Assembly (NCBI RefSeq): GCF_024521635.1
Contig: NW_026250423.1
Location: 434,001 to 498,000, forward strand
DNA length: 64,000 nt
DNA from: Tricharina praecox
Lineage: Eukaryota
Direction: 5' to 3'
Below, piece by piece: positions 37,375-48,674 of the stretch. Under the pieces are notes generated by a model. The model did no database searches and was not told where the DNA came from. It was given only the letters and a program-made list of their open reading frames with translations. Position 1 is the stretch's first letter. The number at the start of each line of letters is the position of its first letter. A program made the position numbers and the translations under genes.

Positions 37375-37505
37375 AGAAAGAAAGAAAGAAAGAAAGATGA
37401 GAGACATCTCTGTTTTCTTTTCTTTTCTTTTCTTTTCTTTTCTTTTCTTTTCTTTTCTTTTCCTTTCCTTCCTTCTTTCTTTCTTCCTTCTTCTTTCTTC
37501 TTCAT
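37375..37505. repeat. (GAAA)n and (TTTTC)n microsatellites
   Basis: Direct read of the sequence. Confidence 0.9.
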
Positions 37506-38009
37506 TCCTGGTCCAAGGCTTAAGCAGCTGCACGTAACTGCTCTACATACAGAACTTAGACTCCACGTGTGAGAGATTAGATATCCACACCATCTACACA
37601 CACACGGGCACACACACACCGCATACACCACAAAAAAAAAGAAGAAAGAAGAAAGAAGAAAGAAGGTTGACGGTCTGGTCTGGTCTCACCGTGGTGGTAG
37701 GGGCTAACTACTGGCGGCGGTGGTGCTGGTGCTGGTGCTGCTGCTGGTTGGTTCAACTTGGTTGGTTGGTTGGTTAGGTGGGGAAGTCGATGTGGGGTAA
37801 TAGGCTGAGACCAATTAGCCTGATTACCCCACTTCACACTTATCTTTGTACCATACCCACCTTTCAGAGACCTTCGCTCTTCACTCTGCATATCTACATA
37901 CTCCACTTTATGGCGTCGGCAGTCAGTGGGCAGTTGGGAGTGGGCAACTCATCACCGTGCGTGCGTGAATGTAGAGTAGAGTATCTCACCCGAACCCACA
38001 TGGCCATGA

Positions 38010-38078
38010 CGATGGATGGATGGATGGATTTATGGATGGATGGATGGATGGATGGATGGATGGATGGATGGATGGATT
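38010..38078. repeat. (GGAT)n microsatellite
   Basis: Direct read of the sequence. Confidence 0.9.
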
Positions 38079-40405
38079 TATGGAAGGATATCATACATAG
38101 AAAAGGGCGCAGCTAACTACTACCGTACCTTGTATCTATGTACTCGCATACTGAACTACACATGGCTTGTTTTTTTTTGCTTTGCTTTGCTTCACTTGTA
38201 GCGTTGATCGGATCGATCGGTTAAGGTACCTAGGAATTATAGGTGCTCTACATGTGATCGAATAGTACGAGCACGAGCGGCGGCGGCGGCGGTGGAAGTA
38301 GCACCTATCGGACCACTCACGTCTGGCTCACGTCTTGCCCACTTCACGTCTCGCTCACGTCTTGCTCACTCGCGCCATCACAGCCCACCAGTGACCAGTG
38401 ACCAGTGACCAGTGGCCACACCAGCGACCAGCGACTAGTGACCGGCGACCATTGGTTGTGGCAAACTTGCCTCCAAAACCCAATAATACTTCCGGCACGA
38501 CCGAGCCAATAAGCAATAATCGCCCGGCCCGAACGCAGCAGCCGAAACCAGCAGCCGAGACCAGTAGCCAATACCAGCAGCCGAAACCAGCAGCCGAACG
38601 CAGCAGCCGAGATCGGCCTCCCCGCCGCGCCCCGCGCCGGCTCGAGCTCGGTACTAGTCCCAGTACTAGGTACGGTACTTTCCAGAGTTTCCCCGTCCGC
38701 CGTCCGCCATTCGCCGTCTGTAAACTCTGTTTCTGGTCTCTCTCCGCTTACCTAGAATCCTAGATTATTGACGTGCGCGCGAAAAATGCAAGTTTGGACA
38801 ACTATATGCAGGGAGGAGGTGGGAGGTAGTGGGAGGTGGAGTGAGGTCGTGGTGGTTAACGAACCGATCGCTGCCGGCCATCTCGCCGGTCATCATATGT
38901 CGCCGCTCCGCTCCGGCGCCGGATCCACACCCCACACCCTCGATGCTTGGGTACATCACTGCATAACTTCATACCTACATGACATGTATGTAGGTACATA
39001 CAAGGTAGGTCCGTCGAGATCCGGAGTCCGGAGCGTAGTGCGGAGTGTAGTGTGGAGGTGGATGGGTGCGCAGGCAGGCAGCTGGGTATCCTGATGGGAC
39101 CGTGAGATTCCGACATCAAATTCTGGCGTGACGTCGGACATCTCGAATCTCAATTTCCCCCATCTCGATCCTCGACTCTCGCGTGTAAGTAGCCTACATA
39201 CATAAATTATACATAGCATACATACCGTACCATTTTATCCTCCCCCCGGGTCTCATCCCTTCCATAGCACGTATGACATATTTACAGTGTAAGTAAACAG
39301 TGCACACACAGAGTATATAACGCATTCCCATGTACGGCGCTGCATTTTCTTGGCATCTTTGCTTGTATCGTTCCCATCCCCGTCCTCGTCCTCGGCCTCA
39401 TGATGTCTCAGCGGTCTCCTGCGTCCAACGACGGTTATCAAGTCAACGAAGGATAGGAGCTTTCCGTAGGCCCGTAGTGAGCAAATGAACCAACAGACCG
39501 TATGTAGAACACCGTGCAAGTCCACTCCACTGTGGTCAAGTCAGACAAACCAATTCACAACCAACACAGCCCACAAACTTCAGTCTTCAAGTTCAAGGAA
39601 CAGACAATTACCAAAGAACACTTCAAAGTCCACACCAACTCTTAGTCCAATGCGTATGTACGTGACCCTAAGTACATGTATGTATATATGCTACCCATAT
39701 CCATCCAATCCAATCCATCCATCCCGATCCACCGTTCCCTCCCCCCCCTCCCTACCATCACCATGGAGTATACCGGCCTCCATTAGAAAATAAAAGTTAC
39801 AATCCGATCCGATCCCATCCCATCCCCATCCCATCCAACCAGTGGAGCCTCCCGCAAGCAATAACCAACCGAACGACCATCCACTGAATCCACGTTTCCG
39901 GCCCCCGGCCCCCGTCCCCACAATAGCCACCAATACAACTTCGAAAATAACACGACAAATATGAGGTATAAAAATAAAAAAATAGAACGGGAAAAAAAAT
40001 AGAACGAGAAAAAAAATAGAACGGGAAAAAAAAGACGAGAAAAAAAAAACACAGAGCAAACACCAGGAAAAACAGATACGGAAAATATCACAAGCCAAAG
40101 CCCGCCCCCAAACCCCCACCCCAAAGTAACAAAAACGCCAAACTGATAACAAAAACAACAGATGAATCCACGGTATATGCAGGTGAATAAGAGCAGAGAC
40201 CGCGGAAGGAAAACTTTCCAGCAACGGAGAGAGAGGTCAAGACGACGCCTTCCAACAAATCGCACTAAGGGTATCTTGTACATAAGAAAGCGAAACTTTT
40301 TTGGTCGTCCTCCAGACTTCTAGGCGCATGGCAAAATACAGGAAGAAACAGACGGCCGTAAGTGAAGACGCGGCGCTTGAGATAGCTGCATGGGTGTGGC
40401 GACCA

Positions 40406-43361
40406 TTACAGAGCCAGACCAGTTCCGTTTCCACACCATCGGTAAAGCTGCAAAACTTCTCGTCGTCGGAGTTTCTGCTCGTCGACGTCTTCGGGTGCTC
40501 CTCGACCGCGCACTTGATTCAGCGCGCTCCTCATTACTTTGCGGAAATTTCGCTGGAAAAATAAATAGATTAGCTGTATGTTCGGAGGAAAGTAGTCCGG
40601 ATTGCAACTTTTACATACCTGGTATTCCGTATTCAGCGTCACGACGCACACTTCATGGGCCCGCACGATGGTCTCGCATGCAGTAACAACCGCATCGCTC
40701 GCCTCCCCTTGCAGCTTATCCGCGATGAGGAGCAGCAAGAAACTGCCCTGCAGCAGATAGATGCCAAAGAAGTACGGCATGAAACTGAGATCGGGGTCGT
40801 ATTTGAGAATGTTGCTGATGGCCTCCGCCGCGGAAACGGCATGCGCCGTCGACGAGATGAACGAGCTGGAAGAGATCCAGAGGTCGGTATCGTCCAGCAT
40901 CGATATCGGGTCCCATTTACCGGAGACGAGGATGTGGAGAACGTGCATTACATGCGTACCGTACGAAATGGCAATCTTCGCTTGGATTTCCATCTCCGTG
41001 AGAGGCGCGTTCGGTCGTCTCTCGCCTTCGTTCGCGCCGTTGTTCTGGTTGGAACGAATGTGAGCCGCCTCAAATTCCTGCAGACTTCTGGCATACGAAT
41101 CCAGTTCCTCCGTGATCATCTGGACCAGAGGCTCCATTCCCTCGTTGTTCCCCTCGGTATTGGCCTGCGAAGCCACCCCAAACTTTGGTCTGTTCCTCGC
41201 GTGATGCAAGTCCACAACCTGACCGAGAATCGCCATCAAGGGGAGGAAGAACTGATACAATCCGCAGCCGGTGATCTCGTATTGCACGCCGGCAGTGCGT
41301 GGTGGGGTTGGTGCGCTGGGTGAAGGCTGAGAGTAGAGGTTCTGCTCACTGGAGCCGAAGAAATCGCCATTCTGCCAAGTGATGTCATCCATCGGGAGGA
41401 ACAATCCCTCCGACTCCACATCCAGGAGTGCAACTGGTCGGTTGTAGCAGAGCGCCAGGTGCCTGTCGATGATGAAGAGTAACCACCAAGTTCTCCGTCT
41501 CTCTTCTCGCTCCTCCGCACTCATACCTGTCGGGCTGGGGTGGGAATGGGAGTGAACGCTACCCGGCCCCGTATCCGCCGGGGAATGGTGCGCGTCCAGC
41601 TCGTCCTCCAAGTGCTCTTCCGGTGATACCTCGCGGTTGAGTTTGAGCTCGCGCGCCATGGTCCACGCGGTGTGCCACCACCTGAGCGACGCCGCCTTGA
41701 ACTCGCTAGCGGAAATGACGATCCCAAGGTGTACGTACGTCAGAACGTCATCCAGACTTCCTGCCGCTCCGATGCCTTCCCGTCCAGTGGGAGAACCAGC
41801 CTGCCCACCGCCGAGACCGCCCAAACCGATACCGACAGAGCTGTGATCCGAGTCCGCCGACGATCGCTGCATGGGCTGTGGTGTCGCGAAACTAACGTGC
41901 ACCAACGGTCGCAAGAGACCGATGCAGAGCTCCAACAGCTTCTGGCAGACCCTTCCGCGAGCGGTCGGCGTAGCCGTCAGGAACGGCGCATCGCACGTCT
42001 GCGCGGCAACCCAGAGCATCGCGCACAACAACGCCGGCGATGTCGGTCGGGGATTAGTCGGGTGGAGGAAAGACCGTGGACGGAAGATGTGAGTCAACAC
42101 GTAGGGCGAAGCCGGTTGGAAGAACGACGTCGAGGGATTTGTAAAGTAGAGATCGAGCAAGTCACAAGCGATGGTCGCCGGGATGACTGTGGCGATGTGC
42201 GGCAGCAAGGGCAGGAGGACAGGATATCTGATGCCCGCGTTGTACGCGTGCTGGGGCGGTGAGGGCATCGACATCCAGGTGGGAGAGCCGGCATCCGACG
42301 ACTGCCCCGCCAGCAGCCCCGAGATCGGAGAAGCTCCATTGCCCGCGAATGTCATCGGGGGAGCTTGGTGATGCGGTGACATCATAAACTCGTTTTGCGC
42401 ATAGCCGTTTGCCACGGGCTGTTCATTCAACGAGTCAGAGAACGTTCCACCGAGCCAGAGAAGAACGCCACTTACTGGCACATTGGATGGCTGTTGGTGG
42501 AATGGGGACATGCGGTCGAAATGCAGTGGCATACCGGAAACGGAATCGTGTCCGAGCTGGAGCGATGGCGAATCAGGAGTCGGCAGGTGGTGGTGGTGGT
42601 GGTGGTGGTGCGGATGGTGCTGCTGCTGTTGCTGTGGGAGGTGGTGATGGTGCATCTGCTGTGACTGGGACATGTCGTGAAGGTCTCCCATAGAGGTTCT
42701 CGTGCTGGTAACGGAGGACGAGTCCTTCCGCAGGGTTCCCGGTCGCGGGGGAGGAGGGAGGTCCGAATCTCGCCGACTACTGGTGCTCAGTCCTCTCAGC
42801 GAATCGGTCGGCGACGCGGACCCGTTCGTGAGCCCATTCGCCGAAGCCGCGGCGGCGGCGGCAGCGGCCTGCAAGTCCTTGCGCGAGGCCTTTCCACGCT
42901 TTTTCCGCTCGCGAGCATATTCACATTTCAGCGCGAAATCTAGACATCAAAAATATAATCTTAGTGACCTGTGCCGCCAACCGCAATTTACAACCCAAAG
43001 CAAGATTTAAATGGTTTTTTGTTTTTTGTTTTTACTGACCGACACAATGCTGACAGGGAAGTTTTCCGTCGCACTTCGTTCTCAACTGATTGCACTGATC
43101 GCAGGCCCGACTGATACGTCTCCGAATGGGGCCGGGAGTAGAGCCGTTCATCTGTCCGCTTCTGTTAATCCTGTCGTCGTCGTCTGGGTGCATTCCGTAT
43201 GGGTGTTGACGAGCCTTCGATTTGTGGCTTGACGGTGGCATGGATTGCTGTTGGTGATGGTGGTGGTGCATTCCCGAGTCCAAATCGCCACCATTGGACG
43301 AAGGTAATGGTTGAAAGTGCGAATTCGAGGCGTACTGGTGCAAAGACTGTGAGAGCATCAT
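40406..43361 (-). CDS. xlnR: xylanolytic transcriptional activator XlnR/Xyr1 (Zn2Cys6 TF); introns 42940-43039, 42419-42475, 40553-40618
   Basis: [116 protein letters not shown] and the C-terminus [19 protein letters not shown]...LYRW...GTGLAL, all diagnostic of XlnR. Confidence 0.96.
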
Positions 43362-43669
43362 CTGGTCGGATGGAAGCCGGGTACGGGATGCCAAAGGCTG
43401 CCGCAGGATTTGGGGGGGGGCGGGTGGGGGGGAGTATCTATATCAAAAGTTGGGACGAAAGGGCGATGGGGCCGGCTTGACGAAGGATGGGCGGGTACGG
43501 GGTTCGCACGGGGGGGAAGGACGGACGGGTGGGCGGGTGGTGAGTGGGGTGAGTGAGCGAGGTGAGCAGGGCGAGAGAGGTGAGAGAGTTGATATGTAGG
43601 TGTGTATGTAAGGTATGTATATATGGGAGGGCGGAGGCGGGATTAAGTCGGATTTGAAAACACGAGTCT

Positions 43670-43796
43670 CTTGAGTGTGAGTGTGTGAGCTTGTAAGTAG
43701 TGTGTGTGAGTGAGTGAGTGTGTAAGTGTGTAAGTGTGTAAGTGTGTGTGAGTCTCTGTCTGTCTCTGTCTGTCTCTGTCTCTCTGTCTCTCTCTC
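43670..43796. repeat. (GT/GTGA)n and (GTCTCT)n microsatellites in the xlnR leader/proximal promoter
   Basis: Direct read of the sequence. Confidence 0.85.
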
Positions 43797-46700
43797 CCAC
43801 TTGTCTTTTTTCACCTAAGCCTTCGAGTGGACAATAATAATGGGGAATCCTAGGCGGGACTTATTAGTGACCTGAAGTACCGGGGACGGTCTTGGGGTCG
43901 GGCGGCGAAATCGCGTTCGACGGTTGCGACTGGGATTGCAAGCCGAGGGTGTGCAGGCGGTAGGTTTGCATGGAGAGGAGTTAGTTAGGGTAGAATGGGG
44001 GGTGGGTGGGTGGGGATATGGGGGGTGGTGGATGGGAGGAGGAGGAGGAGGGATGATGCGATGCACGAGCATGGGCCTAGCTACTTTTCGACTAAATGGG
44101 TTTCCGTCTAGTTTGCCGTCCAGTACCGACTAGCATAGCATGATAGCAAGCGGACTAGCGGGCCAGTATCGGTGGGGGACGTGGAGGGGTCAGTCGTCAG
44201 TCAGTCAGTCGGCCACAAAAGAAAGATCTAGATGACTGCGGCAATCGAGGCGCCCCGCCGTACTGCTGCTGCTGCTGCTGCTTTTGCTACGGCTACTACT
44301 GCTGTAGTGGAGAAATCGAGCGAGGGCAGAAGCGCTGCTGCGGAGGCAGAGGGCCGATTCGTGGTTTGAGGGGAATAATACACCGATACTGGAGGACGGA
44401 AATAGAGCCCAGAGTGGGACTGTGGGACTGTGGGAAACTGGGTGGGAGTGTACGCCCGTATGTACAGTACAGGAACGAGAAGGAATCGAAGAAGGGGTGG
44501 GCGCATCGGTAGAGGCAGGCCGGCAGGCAAGCAGACAGGCAAGCAAGCAAGCAGGCAGTACTGGGATATGAGTAGAAAAGTAGAGTGGTGGGTATGTAAG
44601 TCAGTGTGATGTATGTACGGTATGTCGGTGGGTACTTGGGTAGGTGAGAGTGGGTGTGTGTGGTGTACCGTAGAACAGTACTCTAATGGTTACTCTAGTC
44701 GATCGCGAGCGAATACCACCTACATCCTCACCTACATGGCTGAGCAGAGAAAGCCCCCGCTCAACGGCCAGAGTCCCATCGTAGCCCGAAACTATGACGG
44801 TAATTTGACTCCATGCCAAGTACGAGCCATAGACACTAATTCACTGCCTGACGACTGAGCGAGTGCGAGCCTTTCGTCCCATCGGTCTGGCGATAGAGTA
44901 CCGTACCTAACTGAAGGCGCTCCGTTTTCGCTCGCGATCACCAGTTGCGCCCACCACCACCTCCACCTCCACCATCACCTTAACGGTCGGACAACCCTTG
45001 CTCGGCTAGGGTCGCAGGGATGATCGCTCAGAGTACTCTCTGCAGATTTATATGCTAGCAAGTGGCAAGGTTGTGGGGAGGTGGTGGTGATGGTGATGGT
45101 GATGGTGGTGATGGTGGTGCAGTGCGTAATGTAGGTCTGGAGATGCAGTGTAGGAGGGTGGTGGTGGGTAGGGCGGGGGGGGAGGGATGACGAAGGAGGC
45201 GGGAGTATGAGTGTGCATGGAGCTCCCGAGGGGGGAATGGCCCGTAGCGAGTGAGACCTCCGGACATGCCAGTCAGGCAGGCAGGAATCGCATTGTACGA
45301 TTACGGCGAACTCAGCGGAGGTGGTAGTGCTGTGGTGGAATCTGGCCCGATTTCTCCTCCGCACTGCAGGAACATTGAGGTCACTCCGCAATAGAAGGAC
45401 AATCAGGTCCCTCCGAGTCCGCACTGCCGGAGGGGGGACGTTGAGGTCCCGCCGCATTGGAGGCGGAGGAGTGACATTGAGGTCCGGCGAGCCGAAGAAG
45501 GGGGAAGCTACTTGCCTATTCTACGTCAAGTGCCGCAGCTGGGAAGCGCATGTACTCAAGGTATGTTGCATATCACGCTCCGTGGGCGGGGGGCGGGGGG
45601 CAAGACGTCGAGATGAAAGGACGGGATCAAGGCAAGTCGAGATGATGTGCATCGCAATGTAGGTACATACAACATACCTACGGTACACTGTACCGTACAT
45701 ACATACATGTACATCAATAACCAAAAGAAAGTCGGTATAGTGTCGGGATTCGGGATGATGGGAGCGGCAAAAGCAAAGAAGAAGGAGAAGATCACCCACG
45801 AAATGCTCTGGAGCAAAAGCGAGCATCCCGAAATCATCACCGGAGTCAGTCCGGTCCCTTAGGTACTCTACATACGATCCTGCTCACTCTCGCAGTCACA
45901 TCCCGGTGATTCGTTCGCCATCCTGCTCACAACCACTCTATCTCTCTACTCTCGTCCTCCCGAGCTCCAGGGCCCGGTTCGAGCCTTCCCAGACGAGAGC
46001 AAGATTGAAGACTCTGCAGGGGGAGGAGGTTTGACCACGGAGTCACGGACGTGCGGGAACGAGTGGAGAGTAGATACCGGTATTCACAAGCAAGTAGTTT
46101 TCATGCGTATATAGAAACGCAAAACGCAAAACGCAAGTTGTTCGGGCGAGCGGTACGTACCTAAAGTAGTACGTACTAACTAGTAGAACCAGTAGTACGT
46201 ACTACAGTACCAGTGGAACCGCTCGATGGGAATGGAAGCGAAGAGTTTCAGACGAGTGAAAGGAGAAGCATTTCTGAAGCAGCCATCACAACATACATAG
46301 GGATTCCCGTCACTAGCAACCACCCGCTAGGTCCATCACAGGCATCTTCTCCGTCAACTCAACGGAGGACCACATAGATATAGTACTATACAGTACATAC
46401 ATACCGGTATTCTGATCGATCTAGGGGTGTGCAGTCACCAGTTGGTCCACAATGGTGTGCAGTGTGCACGAGATACATAGTAGATACTGGGTATAGTAGT
46501 CGTAGGTCCCACCACCACCATCATCATCATCATCATCGTTTGCGTAGTCGTCTGCTAACTATGGCCTTCCTTTCAATTTCTTCCAGCCTTCCGCTACATC
46601 ATCAATCTGCACCTTTCTTTTTGGTTCAAGCCGGTGTTTTTCTTTTTCTCTTTACTTTTTGCTAGAGTCCGCGCCGATTATGACCGCACCGAGACAACCT

Positions 46701-48626
46701 CAGTTTGGGTAGATATCTAGTGCACATTCGAGTAAGTCTGTATGATACGAGATGTTGTGCTCGACGTATGTAGATATGTATGTCAGAAGTATGATACTGG
46801 TATGTATAGAACACAGTACTCTACATACGTTCCTACAGTATGGGGCCGGCACTTTCAGGGCCCTAACGAGTGAGCGAGTGGCTGGCTGTACCCCCCCAGA
46901 TTTTGAGGGTGTTCCCCTCCCCCCCTCCCGCCGCACCTTCCCCCAGATCTGAGGCAAATATCACGCCCGATACGGCTGAAAAGCCCAGACATCTCGCTAT
47001 TCGTATCAAGACCACACATCAGCAGCAAGCAGCAACGGTTAGCGCTTAAACGGCTTCCAAGTTCTCCCACCCCACCGCTTCCCCTGTCAGAGATACAGAT
47101 ACCTGCATATGGTGCCTACCTCTATATGACAAGTAAGTACCTACCGACTGATACTTGCCTGTGTGAGTATGTTGGTACATACTCTCCAGCCAGACATCCT
47201 GGCCCCGCTGGGACTTTGGCTTTTGGCGTCAATCGTATCGTATCGAAATGCTTTTTCGAGACCCTTCCCCCCCAAGTGACGGCAATTGGCTACAAAGACG
47301 GAGTACCTACTCCCTACTCTAGTGGTCTATAGTAGTATGTACTCGGGTGTGAGGGAAAGTGATGCACCACCACCACCGCCAAATGGTGCCCAAGGAGGTG
47401 CACCACTTACCCTACACCCCATGTACTTACTTGGGTATTTTCACTACTAGTAGTTAACTACGGTACTCCAGAGTGCCATTACATATCGCTTCGAGCCTAC
47501 GACGCTGTAGTCTGTCTGTCTACCGCGCGCTGTTGATCACGCCGGCCAGCCAACGTAGTTGCGTAGAGTATATTGATGCGCATATAATGGCTGCACGAAT
47601 CTAGAACGACGCGGACGACGGCGACGACGGAGCGCGACTCGCGAGCGCCAGTCGGCCGGTCGAGACATGTTTTACTTGACGACAGCGCGACTCCGGAACT
47701 GGGAGGTAGGTACCTACCCAAAGTACCTATCTCCCATCGAAGCTCCAGGAGAGCTTCGAGATCACCAATCCACTAACTAGCATAACTGCCTTGATGCACA
47801 TCTCGCTTGCCATGTGCGCACCCAGTAGAGTACCGGTAGAGTCGGTACGGTAAGTCCACCGTCCAGAGTGTTCAAACATGATACACACATCAGCTCGAAT
47901 GAGGTCTTGGCCCCCTCCCTCCCCTCCCCGGTTTTTTGCAACCCCCCCTGCCACCGCTTTCTGTCACACACAATCGTAATCGTAATCGGACCACCTGCCA
48001 CCTGCCACCCTCTCATGCTTCTCCTGCTCCTGCTCCTGCTCCCGTGCGCCACAACAGATCGGTTTCGCCACACCAACCGCAACCCCAATTCCCACGACGG
48101 TGACGTATGTATCTACCGGTTCACAGCACTCAAAACTTTTCTGCCCGGATGAACTGCGTGCGCCGATGTCAATCCATGGTCCCCCCCATCTAGCACGTAC
48201 GAACCGATCCCCCTTTCATTTTCATCTAAGATCGGCTCGGGATTTGGGATTGATGTCGCCATCGCCTCTCCTAACTAACGATGCCTTCTCGTGTCTGTGT
48301 CTCCCCCGGTTTGCCCGGTCGACGAGATCATTCGTGATCCATGGATGATGGAGTCATGGACCCAACCCCCCGGCGGTGGAATCTCTGGGACCCAGAATCT
48401 GGGAAAGGATGTTGCTGGTAGCTGGCAGGTATGATATGTACCGGTTACGGCAGTCATCACACACTTGGTGTGTACTTGGTACTTGGTGGAAGCCAAAGCC
48501 AGACAGGAGGTTTCAGAGATGAGCTTCATGATTCACCCAAGACATTTGTATGTACTCTTCTCGTACTTGGGTTTGGTTCAGCTTCCATCCCATACATAAG
48601 CGAAAACGGGCATCTGACGAAAAATA

Positions 48627-48674
48627 TTCTTCTTCTGCTTCTTCTGCTTCTTCTGCTTCTTCTGCTTCTTCTTC
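48627..48674. repeat. (CTTCTTCTG)n 9-bp tandem repeat
   Basis: Direct read of the sequence. Confidence 0.85.

Noticed and set aside
39103..39152. Imperfect hairpin GAGATTCCGACATCA...TGACGTCGGACATCTC
   Set aside because: It is short and isolated, with no ncRNA or TE context to give it meaning.
40820..40850. XlnR HAVSAAEA site, where Val-to-Phe and Ala-to-Val changes make XlnR/Xyr1 constitutive
   Set aside because: The residues are wild type here.
43400..45200. Many CreA-type SYGGRG sites and G-quadruplex-like runs upstream of xlnR
   Set aside because: Biologically plausible, but the strand is so G-rich that enrichment cannot be claimed without a background model.
45965..45995. GGTTCGAG T-loop-like word (also GGTTCGAA at about 61212)
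   Set aside because: No cloverleaf, acceptor stem or A-box could be built, so these are not tRNAs.
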